55,958 nt of DNA from an uncultured Pseudomonadota bacterium (GTDB lineage Bacteria; Pseudomonadota; Gammaproteobacteria; Burkholderiales; Methylophilaceae), in NCBI GenBank assembly GCA_903860085.1, contig CAIOPD010000071.1:1-55958 (forward strand), in the 5' to 3' direction. The notes beneath the pieces were generated by a model. It ran no database searches. It was not told the DNA's origin and saw only the letters and a list, made by a program, of their open reading frames with translations. A program made the translations under genes and the position numbers. This document shows, piece after piece, positions 1 to 10,649 of the stretch (position 1 is the first letter of the stretch; every line of letters begins with the position of its first letter).

Positions 1-840
1 GCTTGAACTAGTAGCAAAAGCTGTGACTAAGGCCTCACGTGCACCGCGCCAAAACCATAAAGGCGTTCTGCCGGTAAATAGATATAAAATTAATGGCAGT
101 ATCAGTATGCCATGCACTAGCAACGTACCCACAATTACTGCCACAAACTTAGCTAGCGTGTTAAGGATGGCCATATTCTGTACAGCGACCAATTTGATCA
201 GTAATGCCATAATCCCTAGCGGGGCTAAGCGCATTACCCCGCCAACAATTAACATAGTGACATCTAGCGCTTCTTGCAGCAGGGCAAGTATATGCTTATA
301 TCGATCTCCGCCCATCACTAATGCCACACCTAAAATAAGTGCAAACATGACCACCGCTAATACATCGCCTTGGGCTAAAGCCGCAAACGGATTAACAAAT
401 AGTCCATGTAAGAACTGAGCAAAAAACTCAGGCATCGGCAGTTGCTTTGCCTGAAAATTTTGCATGGCATGATCAAACATAGGAAGACTTAAACCCGCTC
501 CCGGTTTAAAATACAGACTGGCCGACATACCCAGCACGATGGCAATAGCCATACTACTGACAAAGAAAATAAGGGTCGCAACCCAAACGCGGTGCATTTG
601 CTGATGTTGGCGCAGATTAGCAATACCTACGGTAATTGAGCAGAATACCAGCGGTACTAAAATCATTTTAAGTAGATCAATAAACAGCGTGCCAACGATG
701 CTCGCAGAATAAAGGCCTCCTTGTAGTAGCTGATTATGCTCGCCTAAATTGCCAACATTAAGCGTGTGGAAATAAAACCCAATCGCTACACCCAATAATG
801 CACCCAGTAAAATTTGGTTATTAAGACTGGGTAGCTTCAT
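1..840 (-). CDS. Dicarboxylate/amino acid:cation symporter (DAACS family), runs off the left edge
   Basis: Manual translation from ATG at 840: MKLPSLNNQILLGALLG...FIDLLKMILVPLVFCSITVGI...RLAPLGIMAL...AFATSSS, typical GltP/DctA motifs. Absent from the ORF track because the stop lies outside the window. Confidence 0.9.
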   Translation of the reverse strand, partial: MKLPSLNNQILLGALLGVAIGFYFHTLNVGNLGEHNQLLQGGLYSASIVGTLFIDLLKMILVPLVFCSITVGIANLRQHQQMHRVWVATLIFFVSSMAIAIVLGMSASLYFKPGAGLSLPMFDHAMQNFQAKQLPMPEFFAQFLHGLFVNPFAALAQGDVLAVVMFALILGVALVMGGDRYKHILALLQEALDVTMLIVGGVMRLAPLGIMALLIKLVAVQNMAILNTLAKFVAVIVGTLLVHGILILPLILYLFTGRTPLWFWRGAREALVTAFATSSS

Positions 841-847
841 CAGTTAC

Positions 848-2440
848 TTACTCTTTTATAGCTTTAACTGCTTTTGGTTTTGAAACTTTTTTAACTGCAG
901 TAGCTTTCACTGTAGGTTCTTTAACTTTGACTGCTTTAGCTGGAATCTCTTTCAGAGTTTTTTCCTTTACCAATTTGGCGGGTGCCTTAGGCTTAGCGAC
1001 GGCTTTAGCTTTCACAGGCTTGCTCTCCGCAACTGGAGATTTAGCCGCACTTGCTTTCTTTGTCACAAGCGCTTTTTTGGTTTTAGGTTTTTCTGAACCC
1101 TCAACTTGAACCTCCACATCAACTACTGTTATAGCCTTGGACAGCTTAACTGGAGGGGCTGAAGGATCTATTTTCTCAAATACTGCGGCAAAAAATCCAT
1201 CGGTATGATGAATATGTGGCAATAGTTTTAGGTATTTACCAGTATCTAGATTAATTTGTTGCTGACTCAATATCTCGCTGGCATTGAGTAATTTAAATTC
1301 AGGATGGTTAGCCAAGAATCCTTCTGCAATCTGTTCATTCTCATCGCTTAATAAGCTACAAGTAGAGTAAATTAAACGGCCGCCTGGCTTAGTAAATTTA
1401 GCAGCGCGCGCTAAAATTCGCGCCTGTTTTTCAGTTAGTTCTAATAAATCTTGTGGCGTTTGGCGCCATTTAAGATCTGGATTACGGCGCAAAGTCCCTA
1501 AGCCAGTACACGGCGCATCGACTAACACACGATCAAATTTAGCGTTAAGGCGTTTTAATTTAGGGTCATTTTCACTGCTGATACTTTGTGCATTGAGGTT
1601 GCTCAAACCTGAGCGTTTTAAGCGCTGGCCTAAGCTGTGCAAACGCTTCTCTGACACATCAAATGCATAGAGACGTCCTGTGTTACGCATCAACGCACCT
1701 ATGGCTAAAGTTTTACCGCCAGCACCAGCACAAAAGTCTGCCACCATCATGCCACGTTTGGCCGCAACCAAATGCGCCAAAATCTGACTGCCTTCATCTT
1801 GCACTTCAACTTTACCTTCTGTGAAAAGCACATGGCGGCTAATATTTAAACGTAGCGGCATACGCAAACCAATTGGTGAATAAGGGGTTTTGCTAATGTT
1901 AGATTCACCAGTCGTGTTCTCAGCAACGAATTTAGCCAGCACCTCATCGCGCGTTCCTTTGATGGTATTGACGCGTAGATCTAGCGTAGCTGACTCATGC
2001 ATACTGCGAGCAATAGTTAATGCCTCTGCCTCACCGTATTGCGCTACTAATTTTTCCCATAACCAGTCTCGAACATCGGCTTGCACCGCTAATGGCAAGT
2101 TTTCGGTTGATTTAGCTTTAATCGTATGTGCCCACTCTATTTGCTGTTCGCTTAACATTGGGGTCATTTCGCGGATACTCATACCTTGTATACGTAACAT
2201 CCACGCCAATACCAGCTTACGTGCATCATCAGGGTCGTTATCATCATTTGCGGTCACTGCACTTAAAAAGCGTAAGCGGCGCAATACGCCGTAAACACTT
2301 TCGGCAACAAAAGCACGTTCTTTAGTACCTAGATCACGATTATTGCGAAAAAATTCACTTAATTTCACATCTGCTGGGCTATTAAACTCAAGTAGATTAG
2401 AAAGCATTACTGAAGCCTGGCGAATTAAATTGGGGGTCAT
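848..2440 (-). CDS. RsmB/NOP2-family SAM-dependent RNA m5C methyltransferase with Lys/Ala/Pro-rich C-terminal tail
   Basis: VQDEGSQ, DFCAGAGGKT, VLVDAPCTGLG, YSTCS and TDGFFAA motifs. Confidence 0.9.
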   Translation of the reverse strand: MTPNLIRQASVMLSNLLEFNSPADVKLSEFFRNNRDLGTKERAFVAESVYGVLRRLRFLSAVTANDDNDPDDARKLVLAWMLRIQGMSIREMTPMLSEQQIEWAHTIKAKSTENLPLAVQADVRDWLWEKLVAQYGEAEALTIARSMHESATLDLRVNTIKGTRDEVLAKFVAENTTGESNISKTPYSPIGLRMPLRLNISRHVLFTEGKVEVQDEGSQILAHLVAAKRGMMVADFCAGAGGKTLAIGALMRNTGRLYAFDVSEKRLHSLGQRLKRSGLSNLNAQSISSENDPKLKRLNAKFDRVLVDAPCTGLGTLRRNPDLKWRQTPQDLLELTEKQARILARAAKFTKPGGRLIYSTCSLLSDENEQIAEGFLANHPEFKLLNASEILSQQQINLDTGKYLKLLPHIHHTDGFFAAVFEKIDPSAPPVKLSKAITVVDVEVQVEGSEKPKTKKALVTKKASAAKSPVAESKPVKAKAVAKPKAPAKLVKEKTLKEIPAKAVKVKEPTVKATAVKKVSKPKAVKAIKE

Positions 2441-2501
2441 GTTATTTCTCTTTATTGGTTTGGTCGGGCATCTAAACGCTTAGATGCCCACTAGCATTGG
2501 T

Positions 2502-3551
2502 CTATGGTGTTGGCGTAGCTGGCTTCTCTGTTTTTAAGCTGGTAATTAACAGCTCATAGACTTTGCCTTCTTTTTCCGTTTTGCGTATTTTAACAGGTAC
2601 ATGCTGATAATCTAAGGCTAGCCACAATTCAGTTTTATCGTCACCTTCAGCGGAGCGGCGTAAAATATGGAAAGTGTTTAAATTCCCCATTTTGGTCGGC
2701 ACTATTTCTTCGCCTTCAAAGCTGTAATCATAGATCCCAAGCTTCTTGCCATTAGTCACAGTGATTTGCATATTTTGTAGCGGCGCTACAAACATAAACT
2801 GATACATAAAACTGAGCAAGTCCTGCGCGCCCTCTGGCAAGTCCACTAGCCTGTCTTCACTAGCGCTATGCAACCTTAGTTTTTGATTTGGCCAATCAAA
2901 ATCGGCGCTAAAGGTTTTATTCTTTTTGCTGCCAAATTGATATAAATAGTGCTGTGGCTGTAAGCCGCTTCTAACAATCACACCTTCACTGGTTTGCAGT
3001 AAATTAGGTATAAACAAAGAGGCTAAACCGCTAGCTTCAATTACGCTGCGCAATTGATAGTGTGCGCCATCTGGCAGTAATTGATACTCCATCGCCGCTT
3101 TACCTGCTGCGCCACTGTCAAATTTAGCAGCCACATCAGTGCGCACATCATACTTGGCCTCTACATAGTGATAGGCGTTAGCGTTAATCGCCTCCTCCTC
3201 AATGTCAGGTTGTATTATTGGCATTTGCTCTAATCCATTGCTTGCTGCTGGCGTATCAATGGGTAAACTAGAAGCTTCAGACTGTTGGGCAAGGCGCGGC
3301 TGTAGAGAAGGTGCAGGCTTTGCTAATACTTTTCTCTTGGCCTGAGATTTAACGACAGGTTTAGGTGGGGGAGATTTCGCTGGTGGTGCAACCAGCTGCG
3401 CCTTTATGACCAGCGGCTCACTTCTAAGATCGTCTAAATTAAAATAAAACCGAGCAATTAAAGTAAGGTGCAATAATGCGGATAATAACAGTGCGACCGC
3501 TAACCAACGGTAACCGATGCGCTGCCATAAAAGTTTAAACTTACTCCACAT
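2502..3551 (-). CDS. DUF3108 domain protein with N-terminal membrane anchor and Pro-rich linker
   Basis: TM helix ALLLSALLH, Pro/Lys linker, QDLLSFMYQ and ELWLALDYQHVPVKI resemble DUF3108. Confidence 0.75.
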   Translation of the reverse strand: MWSKFKLLWQRIGYRWLAVALLLSALLHLTLIARFYFNLDDLRSEPLVIKAQLVAPPAKSPPPKPVVKSQAKRKVLAKPAPSLQPRLAQQSEASSLPIDTPAASNGLEQMPIIQPDIEEEAINANAYHYVEAKYDVRTDVAAKFDSGAAGKAAMEYQLLPDGAHYQLRSVIEASGLASLFIPNLLQTSEGVIVRSGLQPQHYLYQFGSKKNKTFSADFDWPNQKLRLHSASEDRLVDLPEGAQDLLSFMYQFMFVAPLQNMQITVTNGKKLGIYDYSFEGEEIVPTKMGNLNTFHILRRSAEGDDKTELWLALDYQHVPVKIRKTEKEGKVYELLITSLKTEKPATPTP

Positions 3552-4254
3552 GGAGCTCTGTTAAAGTTTGTTCGATTTTGGCGCCACTGTCTTCCACCAT
3601 CAAAATGCGCACTGGCACATAATAATGCTCGGTAGCTAACCACAAATCTTTGCTTTCCGTTTTATTTGGTTCCAACTGCTGCTGCAGATGAAGGGCTTTG
3701 TATGAAACCCCATTGGATTCAATCACATCAGTCTCAGCATGGATTTTATATTGATATTGATTCAGCTTTTTACCAGTAGTGAGCGTCACAATCATAGCCT
3801 CCTTAAGAGGCGCTGGTAAAAACATAAATTGATAGGCATAACTAGCCAAGTCTTGCGTACCTTCTGTCAACGCCTCTTGTTTAGTTACTCCTTTTACCAT
3901 CATCTGCAAGCTATTTTTAGACCAGTCAAAGTCTGCTAACAGTGCTTTTTTAGGATTATCGCCTTGCTGTAATTCAAAATGATCTGGCTTTAAACCTAGA
4001 CTGGTGACCGAACCAACACTAGTGAGCTTACGCTCTCCAAATAATGCATAGACGCCGATCCCCTTGGTAATACTTTCCACTTTATAGGTATTGCCTGTAA
4101 TGATTAACTGCTCATACACTTTGGCAAAAGGCAGACCGTTTCGGGTAGCCTCATAGTTAGCTTGAATAAGCTTAGGCGTGATTGGTTGTGCTACTGCAAC
4201 ACCAACAGAAAATAAACATAGGATAAAACTTAAAATTCTAATGTAACTTGTCAC
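3541..4254 (-). CDS. DUF3108 domain protein, secreted
   Basis: GTG start with GAGGAG RBS, signal peptide, TQDLASYAYQ and LWLATEHYYVPVRI. Confidence 0.75.
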   Translation of the reverse strand: MTSYIRILSFILCLFSVGVAVAQPITPKLIQANYEATRNGLPFAKVYEQLIITGNTYKVESITKGIGVYALFGERKLTSVGSVTSLGLKPDHFELQQGDNPKKALLADFDWSKNSLQMMVKGVTKQEALTEGTQDLASYAYQFMFLPAPLKEAMIVTLTTGKKLNQYQYKIHAETDVIESNGVSYKALHLQQQLEPNKTESKDLWLATEHYYVPVRILMVEDSGAKIEQTLTELHVE

Positions 4255-4335
4255 GGTAACTCCTCAATAAAAACCCATCAGTCGTTAACGCGCCAAGTTT
4301 TTGTAGGACTTTAGACCACGAAAACTTAAATTAGT

Positions 4336-5397
4336 TTACGCAACGATAGTTGGTGCTTCGCCTGCCTGCTGCTCGCGGATAACACCGATTTCAAATACGG
4401 TTTCGCCAGCTTCTTGTAACAGTTTTTGTGCTGCTATTGCATGCTCTTTGGCCACAATCACTGCCATGCCGATACCGCAGTTAAATGTTTTATACATTTC
4501 AAGATCAGCCACATTGCCTTGCGCTTGCAACCAAGTAAATAATGGCGGCATTGTCCAGCTACCCTTCTTGATAGCAGCCGTTAAGCCTGCCGGTAATACA
4601 CGTGGAATGTTTTCGGTAATTCCACCGCCAGTAATATGTGCCATACCCTTCACTGGTAAAGACGCGATAAGCTTTAATAAGGGTTTAACATAAATACGAG
4701 TAGGCGCCATCACCACATCTTTAAATGGCTGCCCATGAAAATCAGATTCGAAGTCAATCCCAGATTGCGCAATCAGTTTGCGAATAAGTGAATAGCCATT
4801 TGAGTGTGCGCCGCTAGACGCCAAGCCCAAGACGACATCGCCACTAGCAATTGTCGTACCATTAATAATGAGTTCTTTATCCACACAACCTACAGCAAAA
4901 CCAGCTAAATCATATTCGCCTGCGGGGTACATGCCTGGCATTTCTGCAGTTTCACCACCAACCAAAGCGCAACCAGATTGCTCACAACCCTCGGCAATAC
5001 CCTTAATCACTAATGCAGCGGTGCCGACTTCCAACTTACCGCAAGCAAAATAATCTAAGAAAAATAAAGGTTCAGCGCCTTGCACCAAAATATCATTAAC
5101 GCTCATGGCGACCAAATCAATGCCGACAGTATCATGTTTATTGAGTTCAAAAGCCAACTTCAGCTTGGTGCCTACACCGTCGGTGCCAGACACTAGCACA
5201 GGCTGTTTGAATTTTTTAGGCATTTCAAATAGCGAGCCAAAGCCACCGATTCCGGCTAATACTTCTGGACGCATAGTGCGTTTTGCAAATGGTTTAATTT
5301 GCTCAATTAGTGCATCGCCGGCCTCAATATCAACGCCAGCATCGCGATAACTCATAGCGTTTTGTGGAGGGTTTTTAACTGAATTTTCAGAATTCAA
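4336..5397 (-). CDS. purM: Phosphoribosylformylglycinamidine cyclo-ligase
   Basis: [32 protein letters not shown]. Start is probably TTG 5397 or ATG 5355 rather than 5463. Confidence 0.97.
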   Translation of the reverse strand: MNSENSVKNPPQNAMSYRDAGVDIEAGDALIEQIKPFAKRTMRPEVLAGIGGFGSLFEMPKKFKQPVLVSGTDGVGTKLKLAFELNKHDTVGIDLVAMSVNDILVQGAEPLFFLDYFACGKLEVGTAALVIKGIAEGCEQSGCALVGGETAEMPGMYPAGEYDLAGFAVGCVDKELIINGTTIASGDVVLGLASSGAHSNGYSLIRKLIAQSGIDFESDFHGQPFKDVVMAPTRIYVKPLLKLIASLPVKGMAHITGGGITENIPRVLPAGLTAAIKKGSWTMPPLFTWLQAQGNVADLEMYKTFNCGIGMAVIVAKEHAIAAQKLLQEAGETVFEIGVIREQQAGEAPTIVA

Positions 5398-5456
5398 GAT
5401 GCGGACTCGCTTTCTACAATATAATTTGCTGTGTTCAATTCGTAATTTTAACTTAA

Positions 5457-6533
5457 ATGGCACTAAAACAAGACAATCTTACAAGCAAATTTAGTGGATG
5501 GCTGATTGTAGCCACACTATTAGTGCTCATCTATCTGTTAAGCCCTATCCTTGCACCATTTTTAGCCGCAGCCATTCTTGCTTATATATGCAATCCAATA
5601 GTTGATAGCATCGAAAATTGGTCTCTGGGGATAATCCGCTTTGGTCGCACTACTGCTAGTTTAATCATGACCTTAGTCGTAATTATTGCTGTGTTATTAC
5701 TACTACTTATCGTACTGCCCTTGTTACAAAAAGAGCTGATGATGGTTGTGGAGCGGCTGCCGATTTATACGACCTACCTAAAGCTTCATCTTGACCCTTG
5801 GCTAATGCAAAACTTTGGCATTACGCTTGAATTTAATACCGAAAAACTACAAAACATACTTAGTGAAAACTGGAAATCTGCCGGCGGTCTGATGGGTAGT
5901 ATGCTACTCACACTAAGTAGCCATGGAATGACCATTATTGCTTGGCTACTCAATATACTGCTAGTGCCCTTGGTGCTGTTTTACTTTTTACGCGATTGGC
6001 ACCACTTGCTGGCTTCAATCGGCGAACTGGTACCACGAAAAATGTTTGTTACTACCAAAAAAATCGCCACCGACATTGATGCCGTGCTATCAGCATTTTT
6101 ACGTGGGCAATTGACGGTAATGTTACTGATGAGCGTGTTCTATGCCTCAGGTCTTAAGTTAGCTGGTTTAGATTTGGCATTACCTATTGGCATACTCGCT
6201 GGCGCGCTTGGTTTTGTGCCATATCTGGGCATAGGATTGGGTATATTGCTAGCCACTATTTCCGGCCTACTTGAATTTAATACACTCAGCCAGTTCACCC
6301 CTATTGTGGTGGTATTCAGTTTAGGTCAGCTATTAGAAAGCATGTGGCTGACGCCAAACCTAGTGGGAGACCGTATCGGTCTGCATCCTGTCGCCGTCAT
6401 TTTTTCCTTATTAGCTTGTGGACAACTATTTGGTTTTACCGGCGTATTGCTAGCACTTCCAGCTTCTGCCGCTATCGCAGTAGCCTTGCGCCATCTTCGC
6501 CGTCACTACTTTGATGGCAATTTATACCAATAG
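5457..6533 (+). CDS. AI-2E (PerM) family transporter
   Basis: Multi-TM protein with FLRGQL, PYLG and GDRIGLHPV; divergent from purM and upstream of hda. Confidence 0.9.
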   Translation: MALKQDNLTSKFSGWLIVATLLVLIYLLSPILAPFLAAAILAYICNPIVDSIENWSLGIIRFGRTTASLIMTLVVIIAVLLLLLIVLPLLQKELMMVVERLPIYTTYLKLHLDPWLMQNFGITLEFNTEKLQNILSENWKSAGGLMGSMLLTLSSHGMTIIAWLLNILLVPLVLFYFLRDWHHLLASIGELVPRKMFVTTKKIATDIDAVLSAFLRGQLTVMLLMSVFYASGLKLAGLDLALPIGILAGALGFVPYLGIGLGILLATISGLLEFNTLSQFTPIVVVFSLGQLLESMWLTPNLVGDRIGLHPVAVIFSLLACGQLFGFTGVLLALPASAAIAVALRHLRRHYFDGNLYQ

Positions 6534-6537
6534 CGCT

Positions 6538-7185
6538 ATGAGACAATTATTGCTCGATATACAGCCCCCTGCTTCACCTAGCTTCGACAACTTTGTTGTC
6601 GGTTTAAATGCTGAAGCTATACAACAATTACAAAACGTGTGCTCCACTCAATCGAGTGATGCTACACAGCATTTTATTTATATATGGGGTGGGGCGGGTA
6701 GCGGAAAATCCCACTTAATTTCTGCCTGCCAAGCAGCTAATCGCCTGGTAGTCTGTGTCGATGATGTGCAGTTACTAGATGACGAGGCACAAATTGCATT
6801 ATTTGATCTCTATAACCAAATACGCGATGGTAATGTGCATCTAGATGACCAACAGCTAGCACGCACTTTAATTGTAGCTGGCAACGCCGCACCGACACAA
6901 CTCGGCCTGCGCGAAGATTTATCCACACGCCTGGCTTGGGGTTTAAGTTATCAATTGCAGCCACTTAGTGACGAAGAAAAGGCCTTAGCACTGTTAAGCC
7001 ATGCTCAGTCACGCGGTATGCGATTGCCAGTAGAGGTGATTGATTATTGCTTACGTTATTTACGCCGCGATCTACCTACCTTAATCGCAACCATTAACGC
7101 TTTAGATCAGTGGTCACTGACCACAAAAAAACCAGTCACTGTGCCGATGTTACGACAGTTACTGCAGCTCAACTTAGAGATTTAA
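6538..7185 (+). CDS. hda: DnaA regulatory inactivator Hda
   Basis: N-terminal clamp-binding QLLL, SFDNFV, GGAGSGKSHL, DLSTRLAWG; start taken at MRQLLL (6538). Confidence 0.92.
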   Translation: MRQLLLDIQPPASPSFDNFVVGLNAEAIQQLQNVCSTQSSDATQHFIYIWGGAGSGKSHLISACQAANRLVVCVDDVQLLDDEAQIALFDLYNQIRDGNVHLDDQQLARTLIVAGNAAPTQLGLREDLSTRLAWGLSYQLQPLSDEEKALALLSHAQSRGMRLPVEVIDYCLRYLRRDLPTLIATINALDQWSLTTKKPVTVPMLRQLLQLNLEI

Positions 7186-7202
7186 CTCCACAATCTAAAC
7201 AC

Positions 7203-7233
7203 GGTTAGCCGCAAAACTGGTTTGCGGCTAACC
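7203..7233. repeat. Perfect 13-bp inverted repeat (hairpin) downstream of hda
   Basis: GGTTAGCCGCAAA-actgg-TTTGCGGCTAACC; no U-tract. Confidence 0.7.
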
Positions 7234-7294
7234 CCTAAGCGCAAGATGGGTTATTATTGCGACAGCAAGCCAATCACTTCTAGATAAATTAAAC

Positions 7295-8899
7295 ATGATT
7301 AGAATCACCGAAATTAAATTGCCCCTTGATCACCCACCTAGCGCCATTGTGGCCGCCGTGATCAAAAAATTGGGCATTAACGCCACCGACTTGGTTGAAT
7401 ACTCAATTTTTAAGCGCGGTGTGGATGCGCGTAAAGCGGATGCTATTTTGCTAGCTTATACGCTAGATGTAACGGTTAAAGGTGAAACCAAAGTTTTAGC
7501 CAAGCTTAAAAAAGACCCGCATGTAAAACTTGCGCCGGACACTTCTTATCATTTTGTCGCCCAAGCACCTACAGATTTAAAAACCAGACCTATCGTGGTC
7601 GGTCTAGGTCCATCCGGTCTATTCGCTGCGTTGGTGTTAGCGCAATCAGGCTTTAAACCATTGATACTAGAGCGCGGAAAGGCGGTACGCGAGCGCACCA
7701 AAGATACTTTTAACTTTTGGCGGAAAGGTGAGCTTAATGCCGAATCTAATGTGCAGTATGGTGAAGGTGGCGCAGGTACATTCTCTGATGGCAAGCTCTA
7801 CAGCCAAATTAAAGATCCCAAACATTACGGACGCAAGGTATTAAACGAATTCGTGCAAGCCGGCGCACCTGAAGAAATTCTGTATGTTAGCCACCCACAT
7901 ATCGGTACTTTTAGATTAGTGGGTATGGTTGAAAAAATGCGTGAAACCATCATTGCACTTGGAGGCGAAATTCGCTTTCAAAGCAAGGTTGACGATATTG
8001 AAATTAAGGATGGACAAGTGCAAGCAGTTACCCTTGCGAGTGGCGAGCGCATTCCCACCCATCATTTAGTATTAGCGGTTGGCCACAGCGCGCGCGATAC
8101 TTTTGAAATGATTCATAAACGCGGTGTTTATATTGAAGCTAAACCTTTTTCTATCGGCTTTAGAATTGAGCATCCGCAGTCACTTATAGACGCAGCACGC
8201 CACGGGCCCAATGCTCAGCACCCTATTTTAGGTGCTGCCGATTACAAGCTAGTGCATCACGCCAGCAATGGTCGCAGTGTTTATAGTTTTTGTATGTGTC
8301 CAGGTGGCACAGTAGTGGCTTCAGCTTCTGAACCCGGTTGTGTGGTCACCAACGGTATGAGCCAATATTCACGCAACGAACGTAATGCCAATGCTGGCAT
8401 CGTCGTTGGCATTACGCCTGAAGTTGATTTTCCAGGCGACCCACTGGCTGGAATCACATTGCAACGGAAATTAGAAAGCCAAGCCTATGTATTAGGTGGC
8501 AGCACATACCAAGCTCCAGGGCAGTTGATTGGTGATTTTTTATCCAATAGAGCTTCTACCGAGTTTGGTGAAGTTACGCCTTCCTATACCCCAGGCGTGC
8601 ATCTGACTAACTTAGAAACCGCCTTACCTGAATATGCAATCACAGCGATACGGGAAGCGATTCCGGAGTTTGCCAAACAGATCAAAGGTTTTGATTTAGC
8701 TGACGGTATTTTAACGGGTGTGGAAACGCGCACTTCTTCACCTATACGTATCAAACGCAATGATGATAATTTACAAAGCATCAATACAAAAGGCTTATAT
8801 CCAACCGGAGAAGGTGCAGGTTATGCTGGGGGAATTTTGTCTGCTGGAGTCGATGGCATACGTGTGGCTGAAGCCGTGGCTTTAAGTATGGTTAAATAA
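7295..8899 (+). CDS. Uncharacterised NAD(P)/FAD-dependent oxidoreductase (COG2509-like)
   Basis: VGLGPSGLFAA Rossmann motif, GEGGAGTFSDGK, FCMCPGG, ETRTSSP, GEGAGYAGGI. Confidence 0.85.
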   Translation: MIRITEIKLPLDHPPSAIVAAVIKKLGINATDLVEYSIFKRGVDARKADAILLAYTLDVTVKGETKVLAKLKKDPHVKLAPDTSYHFVAQAPTDLKTRPIVVGLGPSGLFAALVLAQSGFKPLILERGKAVRERTKDTFNFWRKGELNAESNVQYGEGGAGTFSDGKLYSQIKDPKHYGRKVLNEFVQAGAPEEILYVSHPHIGTFRLVGMVEKMRETIIALGGEIRFQSKVDDIEIKDGQVQAVTLASGERIPTHHLVLAVGHSARDTFEMIHKRGVYIEAKPFSIGFRIEHPQSLIDAARHGPNAQHPILGAADYKLVHHASNGRSVYSFCMCPGGTVVASASEPGCVVTNGMSQYSRNERNANAGIVVGITPEVDFPGDPLAGITLQRKLESQAYVLGGSTYQAPGQLIGDFLSNRASTEFGEVTPSYTPGVHLTNLETALPEYAITAIREAIPEFAKQIKGFDLADGILTGVETRTSSPIRIKRNDDNLQSINTKGLYPTGEGAGYAGGILSAGVDGIRVAEAVALSMVK

Positions 8900-8950
8900 A
8901 ACTTAAAGGAATATGCACAGCCCAGCAACGTTTATGCAGTTAGTTAGTGC

Positions 8951-10516
8951 TTACTTTCTGATTAAATAATCGAATGCTGATAGCGCTGACTTAGCGCCAT
9001 CACCCATGGCAATTATAATTTGCTTATAGGGGACAGTCGTCGCATCTCCTGCCGCAAAAACACCAGGCAACGAAGTTTGCCCGTGATCATTCACCATGAC
9101 TTCACCATACTTACTTAAGTCGATATTGCTGCTTTTTAGCCAGTCCGTATTCGGCAATAAACCAATCTGTACGAACACCCCTTCTAATGCTATGGTATGT
9201 AATTCATTACTAACGCGATCTTTGTAAATAAGTGCATTTACTTTCTGATCTACCCCAGTAACTTCTGTAGTCTGCGCATTCAGCAACACCGTCACATTCT
9301 TGAGACTATGTAGCTTATTAACTAAAATAGCATCTGCGCGCAACTCAGGATCAAACTGCAATAAAGTGACATGATTCACAAACCCTGCCAAGTCGATGGC
9401 GGCTTCTACGCCAGAGTTACCACCGCCGACAACGGCAATATTCTTGCCCTTAAATAGCGGGCCATCGCAATGTGGGCAATAAGCGACGCCTTTACCTCGA
9501 TACTCTTTTTCACCTGGTACGTTCATTTCTTTCCAGCGTGCACCCGTGGCAATAATCACTGCTTTACTTTTTAACGTGGCTCCATTTTCTAATGTAATTT
9601 CAATTAAATCATGGGTAGCTGCCGACGCTGGCACTAGTCTTGCCGCACGTTGTAAATGCATCACATCTACCTCGTAAGCTTTAACGTGTTCTTCCAGCGC
9701 TGCCACCAACTTGGGGCCTTCAGTTTCTTTAACCGAAATAAAGTTTTCTATGCCCATAGTATCCATTACTTGACCTCCAAAGCGGTCAGCAACAACGCCA
9801 GTTCTGATCCCTTTACGCGCTGCGTAAATAGCGGCTGATGCACCCGCTGGTCCACCGCCAACAATCAAAACATCGTAAGGTGCTTTGGCCGCTAGCTTTA
9901 CCGCTTCCCTTGCCACCACGCCAGCATCCAACTTAGGTAGAATCTCATCCACGCCCATACGGCCTGCGCCAAACTCAAGGCCATTCATAAAGATAGTAGG
10001 CACAGCCATGATTTTGCGAGTATTCACCTCTTCTTGAAATAGTGATCCATCAATCATCGTATGCGTAATATTGGGGTTAATTACTGCCATTAAATTGAGT
10101 GCTTGAACTACCTCTGGGCAGTTGTGGCAGCTCAATGAGATATAGGTTTCAAAATTATATTTGCCATCAAGTGCAGCAATTTGTGCAATTTTTTCAGCTT
10201 CCAACTTCAATGGATGGCCACCAACCTGCAGCAAAGCCAATACTAAAGACGTAAACTCATGGCCCATGGGAATGCCAGCAAAACGAATTTGTGCAACCTG
10301 ACCAACACGACCAACTGTAAATGAAGGTTTTAGCTCTTCATCATCATGGCGCTCAATCAAATTAATCTTGGCAGATATGCTAGCAATCTCACGCAGCAAC
10401 TCTAGCATTTCAAGGGATTTATCGCCGTCATTCACCGATGCGACCAATTCAATTGGCTGCACCAACTTTTCTAAGTATGCCGTTAATTGCGATTTAATAT
10501 TGCTATCTAATGCCAT
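8951..10516 (-). CDS. ahpF: Alkyl hydroperoxide reductase subunit F
   Basis: [39 protein letters not shown]. Confidence 0.97.
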   Translation of the reverse strand: MALDSNIKSQLTAYLEKLVQPIELVASVNDGDKSLEMLELLREIASISAKINLIERHDDEELKPSFTVGRVGQVAQIRFAGIPMGHEFTSLVLALLQVGGHPLKLEAEKIAQIAALDGKYNFETYISLSCHNCPEVVQALNLMAVINPNITHTMIDGSLFQEEVNTRKIMAVPTIFMNGLEFGAGRMGVDEILPKLDAGVVAREAVKLAAKAPYDVLIVGGGPAGASAAIYAARKGIRTGVVADRFGGQVMDTMGIENFISVKETEGPKLVAALEEHVKAYEVDVMHLQRAARLVPASAATHDLIEITLENGATLKSKAVIIATGARWKEMNVPGEKEYRGKGVAYCPHCDGPLFKGKNIAVVGGGNSGVEAAIDLAGFVNHVTLLQFDPELRADAILVNKLHSLKNVTVLLNAQTTEVTGVDQKVNALIYKDRVSNELHTIALEGVFVQIGLLPNTDWLKSSNIDLSKYGEVMVNDHGQTSLPGVFAAGDATTVPYKQIIIAMGDGAKSALSAFDYLIRK

Positions 10517-10572
10517 GACTAACCTCTTGTATATTTCATGATTGATCTTGTGGATTTGTTTTACTGCTTAAG

Positions 10573-10600
10573 AAAAACCCCAAGCTTTTGGCTCGGGGTT
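10573..10600 (-). terminator. Intrinsic terminator-like hairpin between ahpC and ahpF
   Basis: Minus strand AACCCCGAGC-caaaa-GCTTGGGGTT followed by Ts. Confidence 0.7.
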
Positions 10601-10649
10601 AACTTGGTATATTGCGATTGCAACTAAGGATTTTCTTATAAAAAAATCT

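Noticed and set aside
23-418. 131-aa plus-strand ORF and the many other short antisense or out-of-frame ORFs in the track
   Set aside because: They are shadows of well-supported genes (here the DAACS symporter) and show no recognisable motifs.
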